Positions 1 to 9,619 of a stretch of 32,000 nt of DNA are shown piece by piece. The stretch comes from Alkanindiges illinoisensis DSM 15370. Lineage in GTDB: Bacteria > Pseudomonadota > Gammaproteobacteria > Pseudomonadales > Moraxellaceae. Position 1 is the first letter of the stretch. Every line of letters starts with the position of its first letter. The DNA lies in contig NZ_JHUX01000003.1 of the NCBI RefSeq assembly GCF_000619845.1, positions 1,360,064 through 1,392,063 of the forward strand, written 5' to 3'. A model generated the notes under the pieces. It made no database searches and was not told the DNA's origin. It was given only the letters and a program-made list of their open reading frames with translations. Made by a program: the position numbers and the translations under genes.

Positions 1-277
1 GCCCATCTTCTTTTTCTGCTTTTTGCAGCGAAATACAGCCTACCGGACACGCAACAGCACACAGGTTACAGGCCACGCAGCGCTCTTCCCCATCCGGGTC
101 ACGGGTCAGAATAATCCGGCCACGGTAACGCGGTGGTACGATCTGTTCTGCCGGTACTTCCGGATACAAAATGGTATCACGCTTGCGAAAAGCATGAGTA
201 AATACCATAAACAGGCTACGGACAATCGTCCCTGCCCCAATAACAACCTTCCCAAAGGAAGCCAGAATACTTGTCAT
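1..277 (-). CDS. nuoI: NADH-quinone oxidoreductase subunit I (NuoI). Only the N-terminal 92 codons are here; the 3' end lies beyond the left edge.
   Basis: Hand translation of the minus strand from the ATG at 277-275 gives [92 protein letters not shown]. It contains the CxxCxxCxxxCP 4Fe-4S ferredoxin motif and is nearly colinear with E. coli NuoI as I recall it. It starts 19 nt downstream of nuoH. It is not in the ORF track because it is truncated. Confidence 0.9.
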   Translation of the reverse strand, partial: MTSILASFGKVVIGAGTIVRSLFMVFTHAFRKRDTILYPEVPAEQIVPPRYRGRIILTRDPDGEERCVACNLCAVACPVGCISLQKAEKEDG

Positions 278-296
278 AACTGCTCTCCTTGCTCCC

Positions 297-1328
297 TTAG
301 GCGGAATAATTGTGCAGAATGACTGCAGCAGTAACCAAAAGATTAATCAGGGTTAATGGCAGACAAACTTTCCAGCCAAAATTCATGACCTGATCATAAC
401 GTGGACGCATTAAGGAACCACGAGCCAATACAAACATCATGACAAAGAACAGGGTTTTCACAATAAACCAGAAAACCGGCGGAACAAATGGAATTTCAAT
501 ATTGAAAGGCGCCAGCCAGCCGCCAAAAAACAGCACAACAATCAATGAGGAAATCACCACCACGTTGACATACTCGGCAACGAAGAACATGCCCCACTTC
601 ATGCCACCATATTCAATATGGTAACCCTCGGCCAGTTCCTGCTCGGCTTCCGGCTGGTCAAATGGATGACGGTGAGTCACCGCAACACCGGCAATCGCAA
701 AAATACAAAACCCTAGAAACTGCGGCACAATGTTCCACAGATCACGCTGCGATTCCACGATGTCACGCAGGTTGAATGAACCAGCAATGGCCACCACACC
801 CATCAGCGACAATCCCAAAAACACTTCATACGAAATGGTCTGGGCTGCGGAGCGCAGACCACCCAGCAAGGAGTATTTGTTGTTGGAAGACCAGCCGCCA
901 AATAGAACGGCATATACCGCGATACCAGCCATGGCCATGAAGAACAGTAGACCAATGTCCAGATCAGCCACCCCTAGGGTTGGGCTAACTGGAATCACCA
1001 TAAAGGACAGGACGGCAGTACCCATTGCCACTGCAGGTGCCAGACGGAAAGTCAGCTTGTCGGCAAACTTGGGCGTCCAGTCTTCCTTGAACATGATTTT
1101 CAGCATGTCAGCAACGATCTGGAATATCCCGCCGGGGCCAACCCGGTTAGGGCCATAACGATCCTGCCATAAGGCCAGCAAACGGCGCTCAATAAAACTC
1201 ATGAGCGCTGCAAACAGTACGACTACCAGTAAAATTACAATGGCCTGCACCACCATAAAGGTCGTTTGCCACTGACTGGTGGTCATATAATCATTTAAAA
1301 ATGATGGAATTGAAGGATCAATCCGCAT
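297..1328 (-). CDS. nuoH: NADH-quinone oxidoreductase subunit H (NuoH/ND1 family), polytopic membrane protein
   Basis: 343-aa ORF with about 8 hydrophobic segments. It carries conserved NuoH strings ([55 protein letters not shown]) and sits between nuoG and nuoI. Confidence 0.95.
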   Translation of the reverse strand: MRIDPSIPSFLNDYMTTSQWQTTFMVVQAIVILLVVVLFAALMSFIERRLLALWQDRYGPNRVGPGGIFQIVADMLKIMFKEDWTPKFADKLTFRLAPAVAMGTAVLSFMVIPVSPTLGVADLDIGLLFFMAMAGIAVYAVLFGGWSSNNKYSLLGGLRSAAQTISYEVFLGLSLMGVVAIAGSFNLRDIVESQRDLWNIVPQFLGFCIFAIAGVAVTHRHPFDQPEAEQELAEGYHIEYGGMKWGMFFVAEYVNVVVISSLIVVLFFGGWLAPFNIEIPFVPPVFWFIVKTLFFVMMFVLARGSLMRPRYDQVMNFGWKVCLPLTLINLLVTAAVILHNYSA

Positions 1329-1329
1329 G

Positions 1330-4047
1330 TTAGACTCCTACCGCAGCAGCATCAACGCTGATGGCTATTGAATCGGTCAAGCTGACTACTGGCGCAAGTC
1401 CAACCGGATAACCTACATAGCCGTATGGCAAATAGTCCACCACGTTGACTGGCAGGTTAATGCTGGTGTCACCTGCTTTTACAGTAACACGCTGGCCCTG
1501 CTGAACATTCAGGCGGGCAGCATCGTCACGGCTAACACTAAATGCGGCTTCTGGAATGCGTGACTGCATAACCGGGGTACGCACTGTCATTTCGCCACTG
1601 GCAAAAATATGATGAACCGGAACCAGACGGTAGGTGCTGTCATTGTCCAGTAAAGGTGCTGGAGCCACAAAACTGCGTGCCGGACGTTTTGGCAGACGGT
1701 CAAACAGGCGCACGCCCGGATCACCGGCTTTTAGATGCCCACCGACTTCATCCTGAAACTTGTTCCACGATTGAGGTGAGTTCCAGCCCGGCGCCCAGGC
1801 AAATGGAATCAGCGAAGATGATTCCTGCGGGCCAACATAACCTTCCATGGAGAAAGCCAGTGCAGAATCCACATCGACTGGCTGCTTGGGCTCATGCACA
1901 GAAATTGGCGCACGCATGGCAGTCCGTCCAGAATAGCGGCGTGGTTCACGGGCAATTTTTAAGCCATGCACACGATAGCCTGCATCTGGCGCAACATCCA
2001 GAATGCCCTCAAGTGCTGGCACTTTACTGGCAACGGCTTCAATCACATCATCCAGCACTGTCCAGTTTACAGGTTTACCCTGAATGCCTGTATGGATAGC
2101 ATGTAGCCAGCGCCAGCTTTCCTTGATGCTGATTTCCGGGTTGTAATAAGCTGGATCAAACACCTGGAAGTAACGTTGCGCACGGCCTTCCTGACTCACC
2201 ACTGTGCCATCACCTTCAGCAAAGCTTGCGGCAGACAATACAATTGAGGCTTTCTTAACGGTTGGCGTTTCCTGATGATCCAGCACAATAATCTGCTGGG
2301 TTTTTGCCAGTGCAGTCTTGATCTGTTGCGCTGGCAGGCGACGATACAGATCATTTTCAACCACAACCACAGCATCATAGCTCTGCGCAAAAGCCTTTTC
2401 TAATGGCATACCGCCCATCAGCGCCAGCCCCATGGAATTTACTTCCGGAACAACCAGACTTAACCCTGCTTTGCTTTTTCCATCGACACTGCCCAGATTC
2501 AGGGCAATTTGTGCAGCGGCTTCCATCAATGCAGGTTCCAGCAAACTGGTGCCGGAAATGATCAATGGTTTTTTAGCATGCTTGAGCTGACGTGCTACTT
2601 CCAGTGCAAATACCTTGGCATCATCGGAAATATCACCATTCATGGCTTCAGCTTTAATCGCTGCAGCAATGGCAAAACCCAAGCGGGCAATATCGTTTGG
2701 TGAGGCAACCACTTCACCTTCAGCAATATCGCTTAAGCGGGTAGCAACTGGCGTTAAAATATAAACCGGGCTCTTTGCATCCTGTGCAATACGGGCAACC
2801 GGCTCCGCCAGCCAGCCTTGCGTTTTACGCTCGGCAGCCATTTCCAGTCCTTTATTCTTGGCAGACTGGCGTACTGATAGTGCCATGCGTGGCGCGGTCT
2901 GCGTCAGGTCTTCACCCAGAATCAGAACGGCATCGTAATCTTCCACTTCACGCAGGTTCGGATTATAAATCCCTTCGGTTTGCATCAGGCTAGCCGCTAG
3001 CTCAACCAGCTGCTGCTCCTGCTGGGTCATACCGGTAGAGAAATTGTCATTGCCCACCAGCTCACGCAAGGCGAAATTGCTTTCCAGACTAGCACGTGGT
3101 GAGCCAATACCCAGCACGTTCTGGCCTTTTAAGCTGGCAATCGCCTGATCCAGTGCTTCATCCACACTGACCGTTAAGGTGCGGTTTTCAATGTGCAACT
3201 GGGGCTGACGTGGACGATCCTTGCGGTTAACATAGCCTGCACCAAAGCGGCCCTTGTCACACAGGAAATACTGGTTGACCGAGCCATTAAAGCGGTTTTC
3301 AATCCGGCGCAGTTCGCCATAACGCTCTCCCGGAGAAATATTGCAACCTGATGAACAGCCCTGACAAATGCTGGGTGCATACTGCATATCCCATTTGCGG
3401 TTGTAACGCTCAGAATGGGTTTTATCGGTGAATACGCCGGTTGGACAAACTTCTACCAAATTGCCCGAGAACTCGCTTTCCAGTACCCCATCTTTTTCAC
3501 GGCCAAAATAAACCCGTGCTGCGTTGCCATAAACGCCAAGATCTGTACCGCCTGCATAATCCTTGTAATAGCGCACACAGCGATAACACGCAATACAGCG
3601 GTTCATTTCATGGGCAATAAATGGCCCCAGATCCTGATTCTGATGCGTGCGTTTGGTAAAGCGATAACGACGGCGGTCATGGCCAGTCATTACGGTCATA
3701 TCCTGCAAATGACAGTGCCCACCTTCTTCACACACCGGACAGTCATGCGGGTGGTTGGTCATCAGATATTCCACGATAGTTTCGCGAAATGCCCGTGCTT
3801 CATCATCTTCAATGGAAATATAGGTATCATTGACAGCAGGTGTCATGCAGGACATCACCAGACGTCCGCGCTTGTCATCCGCATTGGCATATTGTTTCAC
3901 TGCACACTGACGGCATGAGCCTACAGAACCCAGTGATGGATGCCAACAAAAATAGGGAATATCAAGGCCAAGGGACAGACAAGCCTGCAACAGGTTTTCT
4001 GATCCATCAACCTCATAATCTTTACCATCGACATGTATTGTAGCCAT
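1330..4047 (-). CDS. nuoG: NADH-quinone oxidoreductase subunit G (NuoG), long E. coli-type form
   Basis: 905-aa ORF. The N-terminus has a 2Fe-2S ferredoxin motif ([17 protein letters not shown]) followed by [29 protein letters not shown] and CPTGVF Fe-S motifs, then a molybdopterin-oxidoreductase-like C-terminal region. Operon position fits. Confidence 0.95.
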   Translation of the reverse strand: MATIHVDGKDYEVDGSENLLQACLSLGLDIPYFCWHPSLGSVGSCRQCAVKQYANADDKRGRLVMSCMTPAVNDTYISIEDDEARAFRETIVEYLMTNHPHDCPVCEEGGHCHLQDMTVMTGHDRRRYRFTKRTHQNQDLGPFIAHEMNRCIACYRCVRYYKDYAGGTDLGVYGNAARVYFGREKDGVLESEFSGNLVEVCPTGVFTDKTHSERYNRKWDMQYAPSICQGCSSGCNISPGERYGELRRIENRFNGSVNQYFLCDKGRFGAGYVNRKDRPRQPQLHIENRTLTVSVDEALDQAIASLKGQNVLGIGSPRASLESNFALRELVGNDNFSTGMTQQEQQLVELAASLMQTEGIYNPNLREVEDYDAVLILGEDLTQTAPRMALSVRQSAKNKGLEMAAERKTQGWLAEPVARIAQDAKSPVYILTPVATRLSDIAEGEVVASPNDIARLGFAIAAAIKAEAMNGDISDDAKVFALEVARQLKHAKKPLIISGTSLLEPALMEAAAQIALNLGSVDGKSKAGLSLVVPEVNSMGLALMGGMPLEKAFAQSYDAVVVVENDLYRRLPAQQIKTALAKTQQIIVLDHQETPTVKKASIVLSAASFAEGDGTVVSQEGRAQRYFQVFDPAYYNPEISIKESWRWLHAIHTGIQGKPVNWTVLDDVIEAVASKVPALEGILDVAPDAGYRVHGLKIAREPRRYSGRTAMRAPISVHEPKQPVDVDSALAFSMEGYVGPQESSSLIPFAWAPGWNSPQSWNKFQDEVGGHLKAGDPGVRLFDRLPKRPARSFVAPAPLLDNDSTYRLVPVHHIFASGEMTVRTPVMQSRIPEAAFSVSRDDAARLNVQQGQRVTVKAGDTSINLPVNVVDYLPYGYVGYPVGLAPVVSLTDSIAISVDAAAVGV

Positions 4048-4058
4048 CGCCTGGTTCC

Positions 4059-5408
4059 TTAAGCTTGCTGAGCGTTGCTGATTTGAACCACAGATTCCGC
4101 TTCTTTGGGAATCAGTGCTTCAAACTCGCTGCGAAAATATTTTAGGGCGCTTTGTAATGGTTCCATGGCACCGGGCGCATGTGCGCAGAAGGTCTTGCCA
4201 ATCCACAGATTCTTGGTGAGCTGTTCCAGATGAGTAATGTCTTCCATCTTGCCACGACCATGTTCAATGGCAGACAGTGCTTTTACACTCCATGGCAAGC
4301 CATCACGGCATGGCGTACACCAGCCACAGGATTCACGCGCAAAGAATTCTTCCAGATTGCGGGTGAGTGATACCATGCACTGGGTCTCATCCACCACCAT
4401 GATCAGGCAAGTACCCAGACGCGAACCTGCTTTCATAATGCTGTCGGCATCCATCGGCAGATCCAGATGCTCAGTGGTTAAAAAGTCAGTAGATGCACCA
4501 CCGGGCAGCCATGCCTTAAGTTTTAGGCCTTCACGCATGCCCCCGGCATATTCTTCAATCACTTCGCGAGCAGTGGTACCAAATGGCAGCTCCCACAAGC
4601 CCGGAAAACGCACCTTGCCGGAAACCCCGTAAATCTTGGTGCCGGGGTCTTTGCTCTTGTGGGCAGACAGATTGATGTACCACTCTGGGCCACGCAGCAG
4701 GATCGCTGGCAGGTTATTAAAGGTTTCGACGTTATTCACAATCGTTGGGCGGCCCCATGCACCAGCCACCTGTGGAAATGGCGGCTTGGTACGTGGATTG
4801 GCACGACGGCCTTCCAGCGAGTTAATCAGTGCGGTTTCTTCACCACAAATATAACGACCAGCGCCAGTATGCACGTGGATTTCAAAGTTCCAGCCGGTAT
4901 CCAGAATGTTTTTGCCCAGATAACCCTTGGCACGCACCTGTTCCAGTGCTTCATTCAGATAGCGGGCCGCTTCAATGTATTCACCACGAATAAAGATATA
5001 ACCTTGCGTGGCTTCCAGCGTATAGCCCGCAATGATCATGCCTTCAATCAGCTGGTGTGGCAGCTTTTCCATGAGCAGGCGATCTTTAAATGTGCCTGGC
5101 TCCATTTCATCAGCATTACAGATCAGGTAACGCGGGCCGCCATCATTGGGCGCCATCAGCGACCACTTGATGCCTGCCGGAAAGCCTGCACCACCACGGC
5201 CTTTAACCGTTGCGGCCTTTACCACTTCCTGTACTTCAGCCGGCGTCATGCTTAAGGCTTTTTTCATGCCTGCATAACCTTCCAGTGACTCGTAGGTATC
5301 TACATCGTGCAAGAATTCATGATGCTTTAACCGCCAGGTCAACGGGTGGGTTTCTGCGGTACCGTTACCGTGAATGGGTCTTGGTTCTGTATTTACATGG
5401 GTTGTCAT
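4059..5408 (-). CDS. nuoF: NADH-quinone oxidoreductase subunit F (NuoF), the NADH/FMN-binding subunit
   Basis: 449-aa ORF with [13 protein letters not shown] (FMN/NADH site), the glycine-rich [19 protein letters not shown], and the [12 protein letters not shown] 4Fe-4S motif. It overlaps the nuoE stop by 4 nt (ATGA coupling). Confidence 0.95.
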   Translation of the reverse strand: MTTHVNTEPRPIHGNGTAETHPLTWRLKHHEFLHDVDTYESLEGYAGMKKALSMTPAEVQEVVKAATVKGRGGAGFPAGIKWSLMAPNDGGPRYLICNADEMEPGTFKDRLLMEKLPHQLIEGMIIAGYTLEATQGYIFIRGEYIEAARYLNEALEQVRAKGYLGKNILDTGWNFEIHVHTGAGRYICGEETALINSLEGRRANPRTKPPFPQVAGAWGRPTIVNNVETFNNLPAILLRGPEWYINLSAHKSKDPGTKIYGVSGKVRFPGLWELPFGTTAREVIEEYAGGMREGLKLKAWLPGGASTDFLTTEHLDLPMDADSIMKAGSRLGTCLIMVVDETQCMVSLTRNLEEFFARESCGWCTPCRDGLPWSVKALSAIEHGRGKMEDITHLEQLTKNLWIGKTFCAHAPGAMEPLQSALKYFRSEFEALIPKEAESVVQISNAQQA

Positions 5409-5914
5409 ACATATTGCTCCAGTAACGCAGCGATGTCATTGACACCTACCAGACCATGCGTGTCTTCATTGATCATCAGGGTTGGCCCCTTGTCACAATT
5501 GCCCAGACAGCAAATGGGTAACAAGGTAAAACGGCCATCTGCCGTGGTTTGGCCGTATTGGATTCCAAGGTGCTTTTGAAATGCTTCAGCCAGTGTTTCA
5601 GCGCCCATCAAGAAGCAGGCAATGGAATCACACAGCAAAATAACATTACGGCCTACCGGACGACGGTAAATCCGGTTATAGAACGTGGCTACTCCTTCCA
5701 CATCAGCTGCTGGAATACCCAGCATCTGGCCAATGGCAGCTACCTGTGCATCATCCACCCAGCCATTGCGCTTTTGCACAATTTTCAGGGCATCTAAAGA
5801 GGCCGCACGTGGATCAGGATAATGAGCAATCTGGTGTTCAATATCGTGAATTTCTTGCGCACTTAAAATGGCTTCAACATTCACGCGCGGTTTTTTATCA
5901 GTCAAAATCATCAT
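5405..5914 (-). CDS. nuoE: NADH-quinone oxidoreductase subunit E (NuoE), thioredoxin-like 2Fe-2S subunit
   Basis: 169-aa ORF with the spaced Cys ligand pattern LCDSIAC...[10 protein letters not shown]. Operon position fits. Confidence 0.93.
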   Translation of the reverse strand: MMILTDKKPRVNVEAILSAQEIHDIEHQIAHYPDPRAASLDALKIVQKRNGWVDDAQVAAIGQMLGIPAADVEGVATFYNRIYRRPVGRNVILLCDSIACFLMGAETLAEAFQKHLGIQYGQTTADGRFTLLPICCLGNCDKGPTLMINEDTHGLVGVNDIAALLEQYV

Positions 5915-5929
5915 GATGGCGTTATCCCC

Positions 5930-7729
5930 TTAACGATCCACATCGGCCATTACAATATCGATGGTCGCCAGATAAATAATCAAGTCGGACACCAAACTGC
6001 CATTAATTACAGAAGGAATTTGTTGCAAGTGCGGGAACGTCGGTGTACGAATCCGGGTACGATAGCTCATGGTTGATTTATCGGACGTCAGATAATAGGT
6101 ACTTGCACCCTTCACTGCTTCTGCCATTACCGTGGACTCGCCTGCTGGCATCACCGGACCCCATGACACGCTCAGGAAGTGCGTAATCAGGGTTTCAATG
6201 TCATGCAGGGTTTTGTCTTTTGGTGGTGGCACGGCCAGCGGATGGTCAGCTTTATGAGCACCGGACGGCATATTATTTAAACACTGTTCAATAATACGCA
6301 TGGACTGCCAGATTTCTTCGTAATGCACCAGGATGCGGTCATAGGCATCACCGTGATAAAACACGGGTACTTCAAAATCAAAGTTATCGTAGCCACTGTA
6401 TGGACGTGCTTTACGCACATCAAAGTCAATACCGGTTGCACGCAAGCCTGTACCAGTTACACCCCAGGCCAATGCCTGCTTGGCATCATACTGAGCCACA
6501 TTGCGGGTACGTCCCTTCATCACACTGTTTTCCAGCGCAGCCTTTTTGTACTCCTTCAGGCGGCTTGGCATCCAGTCAAGGAATTCGCGCACCAGCTTTT
6601 GCCAGCCGTTTGGCAAGTCTGCCGCTGTACCACCAATACGGAACCATGCCGGATGCATACGGAAACCGGTAATGGCCTCAATCACATCATAAATTTTCTG
6701 GCGGTCGGTAAACATATAGAATACCGGTGTCATACCCCCAGCATCCTGAATGGCAGTACCAATAAACAGCAAGTGGTTATTGATGCGGAAAAATTCCGAC
6801 AGCATCACGCGGATCACTTGCGCGCGGTCAGGAACAGTAATACCTGCCAGACGCTCAATGGACATCAGGTAAGGCATATTTTGTGATACGCCGCCTAGAT
6901 AATCCACGCGATCCGTATAGGGAATGTAGGAGTGCCAGGTTTGACGCTCACCCATTTTTTCAGCACCACGATGGTGATAGCCAATATCGGGTACGCTATC
7001 GACAATTTCTTCACCGTCAAGCTGAAGAACCACGCGGAACGCACCGTGCGCAGAGGGATGGTTTGGACCAAGGTTCAGGAACATGAAGTCCTCATCCTTG
7101 TTGCCCCGTTTCATGCCCCAGTCTTCCGGTACAAAACGCAGCTGCTCCTGTTCAAAGTCCTGCTTGGCCTTGTCCAGATAATATGGCGTGTATTCCGTGG
7201 CACGCGCAGAATAGTCTTTGCGCAGCGGATGGCCTTCCCAGTAAGTTGGCAGCAAGATGCGGCGCAACATTGGATGACCGCTAAAGTTGATGCCGAACAT
7301 GTCATAGACTTCGCGTTCATACCAGTTGGCATTTGGCCAGATTCGCGTTGCCGTTGGGATATTCAGGTCACTCATCGACAGCGCCACCTTAACGCGAATA
7401 TCAGTGTTGCGCTCCAGCGACAACAGGTGATAAAACACGGTAAAGTCGGATGGCGGCAACCCTTCACGATGGTTGCGTAGACGCTCATCCATGGCAGAAA
7501 GGTCGAACAGCATCACATAGGGACGCGGTAAAGTCCGCAGGAACATCAGCACATCCAGAAGCTGCGAACGCTCAACCCAGATCGTTGGAAAGTCTTCAAA
7601 CGTGGTTTGTATGCGGAAAGAGTCACCAAACTTGCCGCGTAGCTCTTCTACAACAGCAAAGGCAGGTCGTTTATCAACCGCAGGTGACTGTGATGCAGCA
7701 TCTGGCAAAACAATTGATTCTTCAGCCAT
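5930..7729 (-). CDS. nuoC: Fused NADH-quinone oxidoreductase subunit C/D (NuoCD)
   Basis: 599-aa single ORF. The N-terminal third is NuoC-like ([17 protein letters not shown]). The remainder is NuoD-like ([26 protein letters not shown]-terminal DIVMADVDR). An AGGAAG Shine-Dalgarno lies upstream. Confidence 0.95.
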   Translation of the reverse strand: MAEESIVLPDAASQSPAVDKRPAFAVVEELRGKFGDSFRIQTTFEDFPTIWVERSQLLDVLMFLRTLPRPYVMLFDLSAMDERLRNHREGLPPSDFTVFYHLLSLERNTDIRVKVALSMSDLNIPTATRIWPNANWYEREVYDMFGINFSGHPMLRRILLPTYWEGHPLRKDYSARATEYTPYYLDKAKQDFEQEQLRFVPEDWGMKRGNKDEDFMFLNLGPNHPSAHGAFRVVLQLDGEEIVDSVPDIGYHHRGAEKMGERQTWHSYIPYTDRVDYLGGVSQNMPYLMSIERLAGITVPDRAQVIRVMLSEFFRINNHLLFIGTAIQDAGGMTPVFYMFTDRQKIYDVIEAITGFRMHPAWFRIGGTAADLPNGWQKLVREFLDWMPSRLKEYKKAALENSVMKGRTRNVAQYDAKQALAWGVTGTGLRATGIDFDVRKARPYSGYDNFDFEVPVFYHGDAYDRILVHYEEIWQSMRIIEQCLNNMPSGAHKADHPLAVPPPKDKTLHDIETLITHFLSVSWGPVMPAGESTVMAEAVKGASTYYLTSDKSTMSYRTRIRTPTFPHLQQIPSVINGSLVSDLIIYLATIDIVMADVDR

Positions 7730-7801
7730 TGGTTAGGCTTCCTATTTACTACAAATTCTGGCGCACAAGGATCAGCATTAATCACTTGCATAAGCTGGCA
7801 A

Positions 7802-7821
7802 AACGCTGCAAAGGCAGCGTT
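7802..7821 (-). other. Intercistronic stem-loop in the nuoB-nuoCD spacer (8-bp perfect stem, 4-nt loop)
   Basis: aacgctgc (7802-7809) and gcagcgtt (7814-7821) are exact reverse complements. The structure starts 13 nt after the nuoB stop. No U-run follows on the minus strand, so it is not a canonical terminator. Confidence 0.5.
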
Positions 7822-7834
7822 AGGGGTACAACAA

Positions 7835-8512
7835 TTACCGAATTTCGTCTGGTGAACGCAAATTCGTCACTGCAATCCGTTCCGCTTTTTTGCGGTCACG
7901 CTCAGGTTGCATTTTTGGACGATATACCGGTTTCAGGTCATCACCGATTACCGCTGATAATGGACGACGTTCTTTTTGAATCTGATCCTGCAATAGCATC
8001 AGACCCTGAATCAGTGCTTCAGGACGTGGTGGGCAACCCGGTACGTACACGTCAACAGGAATGATTTTATCCACGCCCTGCACCACGGAGTATATATCGT
8101 ACATACCACCCGAGTTGGCACAGGCCCCCATGGAAATGACCCACTTGGGTTCCAGCATTTGCTCATACAGGCGCTGGATTACTGGCGCCATTTTAATAAA
8201 CACGGTACCGGCAACGATCATCAGGTCGGCCTGACGTGGTGAAGCGCGGATAACCTCGGCACCGAAGCGCGACATATCATGAACGGCTGTTAAAGTGGTG
8301 GCATATTCCACGTAACAGCAGGACGTTCCAAAGTTATAAGGCCACAGTGAGTTTTTGCGTCCCCAATTGACGGAAGAATGCAACAAGTCTTCAAGCTTGG
8401 TCATGAAGACATTCTTGTTGACATCATCAGCAACCGGATCATTGACTTCCCTGCGATCCTGCAATGGATATTGCTCTGCATTGGGATTGGCGCGGGTCAG
8501 GGTATATTTCAT
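7835..8512 (-). CDS. nuoB: NADH-quinone oxidoreductase subunit B (NuoB), carries cluster N2
   Basis: 225-aa ORF with conserved Cys motifs: [27 protein letters not shown]. Confidence 0.95.
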   Translation of the reverse strand: MKYTLTRANPNAEQYPLQDRREVNDPVADDVNKNVFMTKLEDLLHSSVNWGRKNSLWPYNFGTSCCYVEYATTLTAVHDMSRFGAEVIRASPRQADLMIVAGTVFIKMAPVIQRLYEQMLEPKWVISMGACANSGGMYDIYSVVQGVDKIIPVDVYVPGCPPRPEALIQGLMLLQDQIQKERRPLSAVIGDDLKPVYRPKMQPERDRKKAERIAVTNLRSPDEIR

Positions 8513-8518
8513 ATCGCA

Positions 8519-9076
8519 TTACTCCTTAACAGCAGTTGGAGAAGACACGCGATCAGTACGTGACGCCATCTTGCCCGATAGCTGCGCTGGGACTTTTCCG
8601 GTAGGGTCAGTTTCCAGCTCTTCAATGTTGTTGAAACGGGTGATTTCTGATAAATCCATGTTCGGCTTGCCAACATGCGGCTGAATACCAGCCTGCTTGC
8701 GGCGGTCGGCTGGAGACCAGTTCAGGGAGCCAGTGCTGAGTTCATAAACCAGACCAATCAGCAATACCAGTACAAAAATCGCGGCAGTCCAGAAACCCGT
8801 CCAGCCGACTTCGCGCACCGAAACAGACCAGGCGTATAGGTAGAGTGCCTCAAGATCGAACACCACGAAAAAGATAGCAACAAGATAAAACTTGGCAGAC
8901 AGGCGCAGACGCGCACCGCCAGCGCCGACGACCCCCGATTCAAAGGGTTCATTTTTGGCACGGCCCCATGCTTTGCCACCCAGCAGCAAGGGAACGGTCA
9001 GCATGAAGACGCACAAAAATGTGACGCCGATAACGAAAGCCACAACGGCCCAGTCATATGGAGTAATGGCACTCAT
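8519..9076 (-). CDS. nuoA: NADH-quinone oxidoreductase subunit A (NuoA) with an extended hydrophilic C-terminal tail
   Basis: 185-aa ORF with three TM segments, PFESG and [21 protein letters not shown] motifs. It is the first gene of the operon and faces the long AT-rich intergenic region. Confidence 0.9.
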   Translation of the reverse strand: MSAITPYDWAVVAFVIGVTFLCVFMLTVPLLLGGKAWGRAKNEPFESGVVGAGGARLRLSAKFYLVAIFFVVFDLEALYLYAWSVSVREVGWTGFWTAAIFVLVLLIGLVYELSTGSLNWSPADRRKQAGIQPHVGKPNMDLSEITRFNNIEELETDPTGKVPAQLSGKMASRTDRVSSPTAVKE

Positions 9077-9619
9077 GCGGGGACAACTCCTGGCAGGCCA
9101 AAATAATTTTGGTAGGTAAAATACATTTGGTTAGGAAAAAACCAAATCCTTGAAGATTGCATGGGATTGTACCTGATTTTGCCTAATTGTTTCTAGCCAT
9201 GTATCCGCATTGAGTTCCGCTAAAACCATAATATTTGTTTATTTTTTATTCATTCATTAAGGCATTAATTCATTTACTTTTTGTATTATCGTAGTGCATT
9301 TTTTAAAAATCAGACTTTAGTCTTAAGTTTCATTTAATCTTTATAACCCTTATTTTTCCTATTTATTGACTAGAGATAAGAATAGAAAAAATCTCGTTAT
9401 TTCTCTATTGATTAAAAATTACCAAGATTGCTACCTGCAAGTTAAGTGCTCTTTCATAAAAAACTCCTGCATTTTATAAATCATGAAGAAAAATGCAGAA
9501 TAGAATTCAATATAATTACAATTCATTAACATTTTGATATATAAAAAAACAATTCAGCCAATCTAAATCATGCAATCAGTCTTTATAGTCGTTTTCATTT
9601 AAAATCAAACTGATATCTT
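9077..9619. promoter_or_regulatory. Divergent nuo / macAB intergenic control region, very AT-rich. Exact promoters are not resolved.
   Basis: 543 bp with no credible ORF, lying between the divergent start codons of nuoA (9076, minus) and macA (9620, plus). The two 60-nt lines I counted (9241-9300 and 9301-9360) are each 13/60 G+C. There is a perfect TATAAT at 9511-9516 on the plus strand, but no good -35. Confidence 0.6.

Noticed and set aside
23-322. 99-aa plus-strand ORF at the left edge
   Set aside because: It lies antisense to the clearly conserved nuoI N-terminus and the nuoI-nuoH junction. Its product has no recognisable features, and the minus-strand reading is near-identical to known NuoI.
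5930-7729. The nuoC-nuoD fusion and the 905-aa NuoG as possible novelties
   Set aside because: A fused NuoCD and a long NuoG are the normal state in E. coli-type gammaproteobacterial complex I, so they are not unusual.
439-8684. Many 60-200-aa plus-strand ORFs inside the nuo genes (for example 730-1158, 1656-2099, 3415-3918, 4659-5255, 6323-6886, 6932-7480, 7450-8064, 8355-8684)
   Set aside because: All are antisense to, or frame-shifted within, strongly conserved complex I genes. Their products are Cys/His/Arg/Thr-rich with odd composition and have no start-site context. This is the typical shadow-ORF pattern opposite highly expressed genes.
9364-9413. Imperfect inverted repeat around TAGAGA / TCTCTA in the nuo-macA intergenic region
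   Set aside because: Only the 6-bp cores match and the flanks are at chance level for AT-rich DNA.
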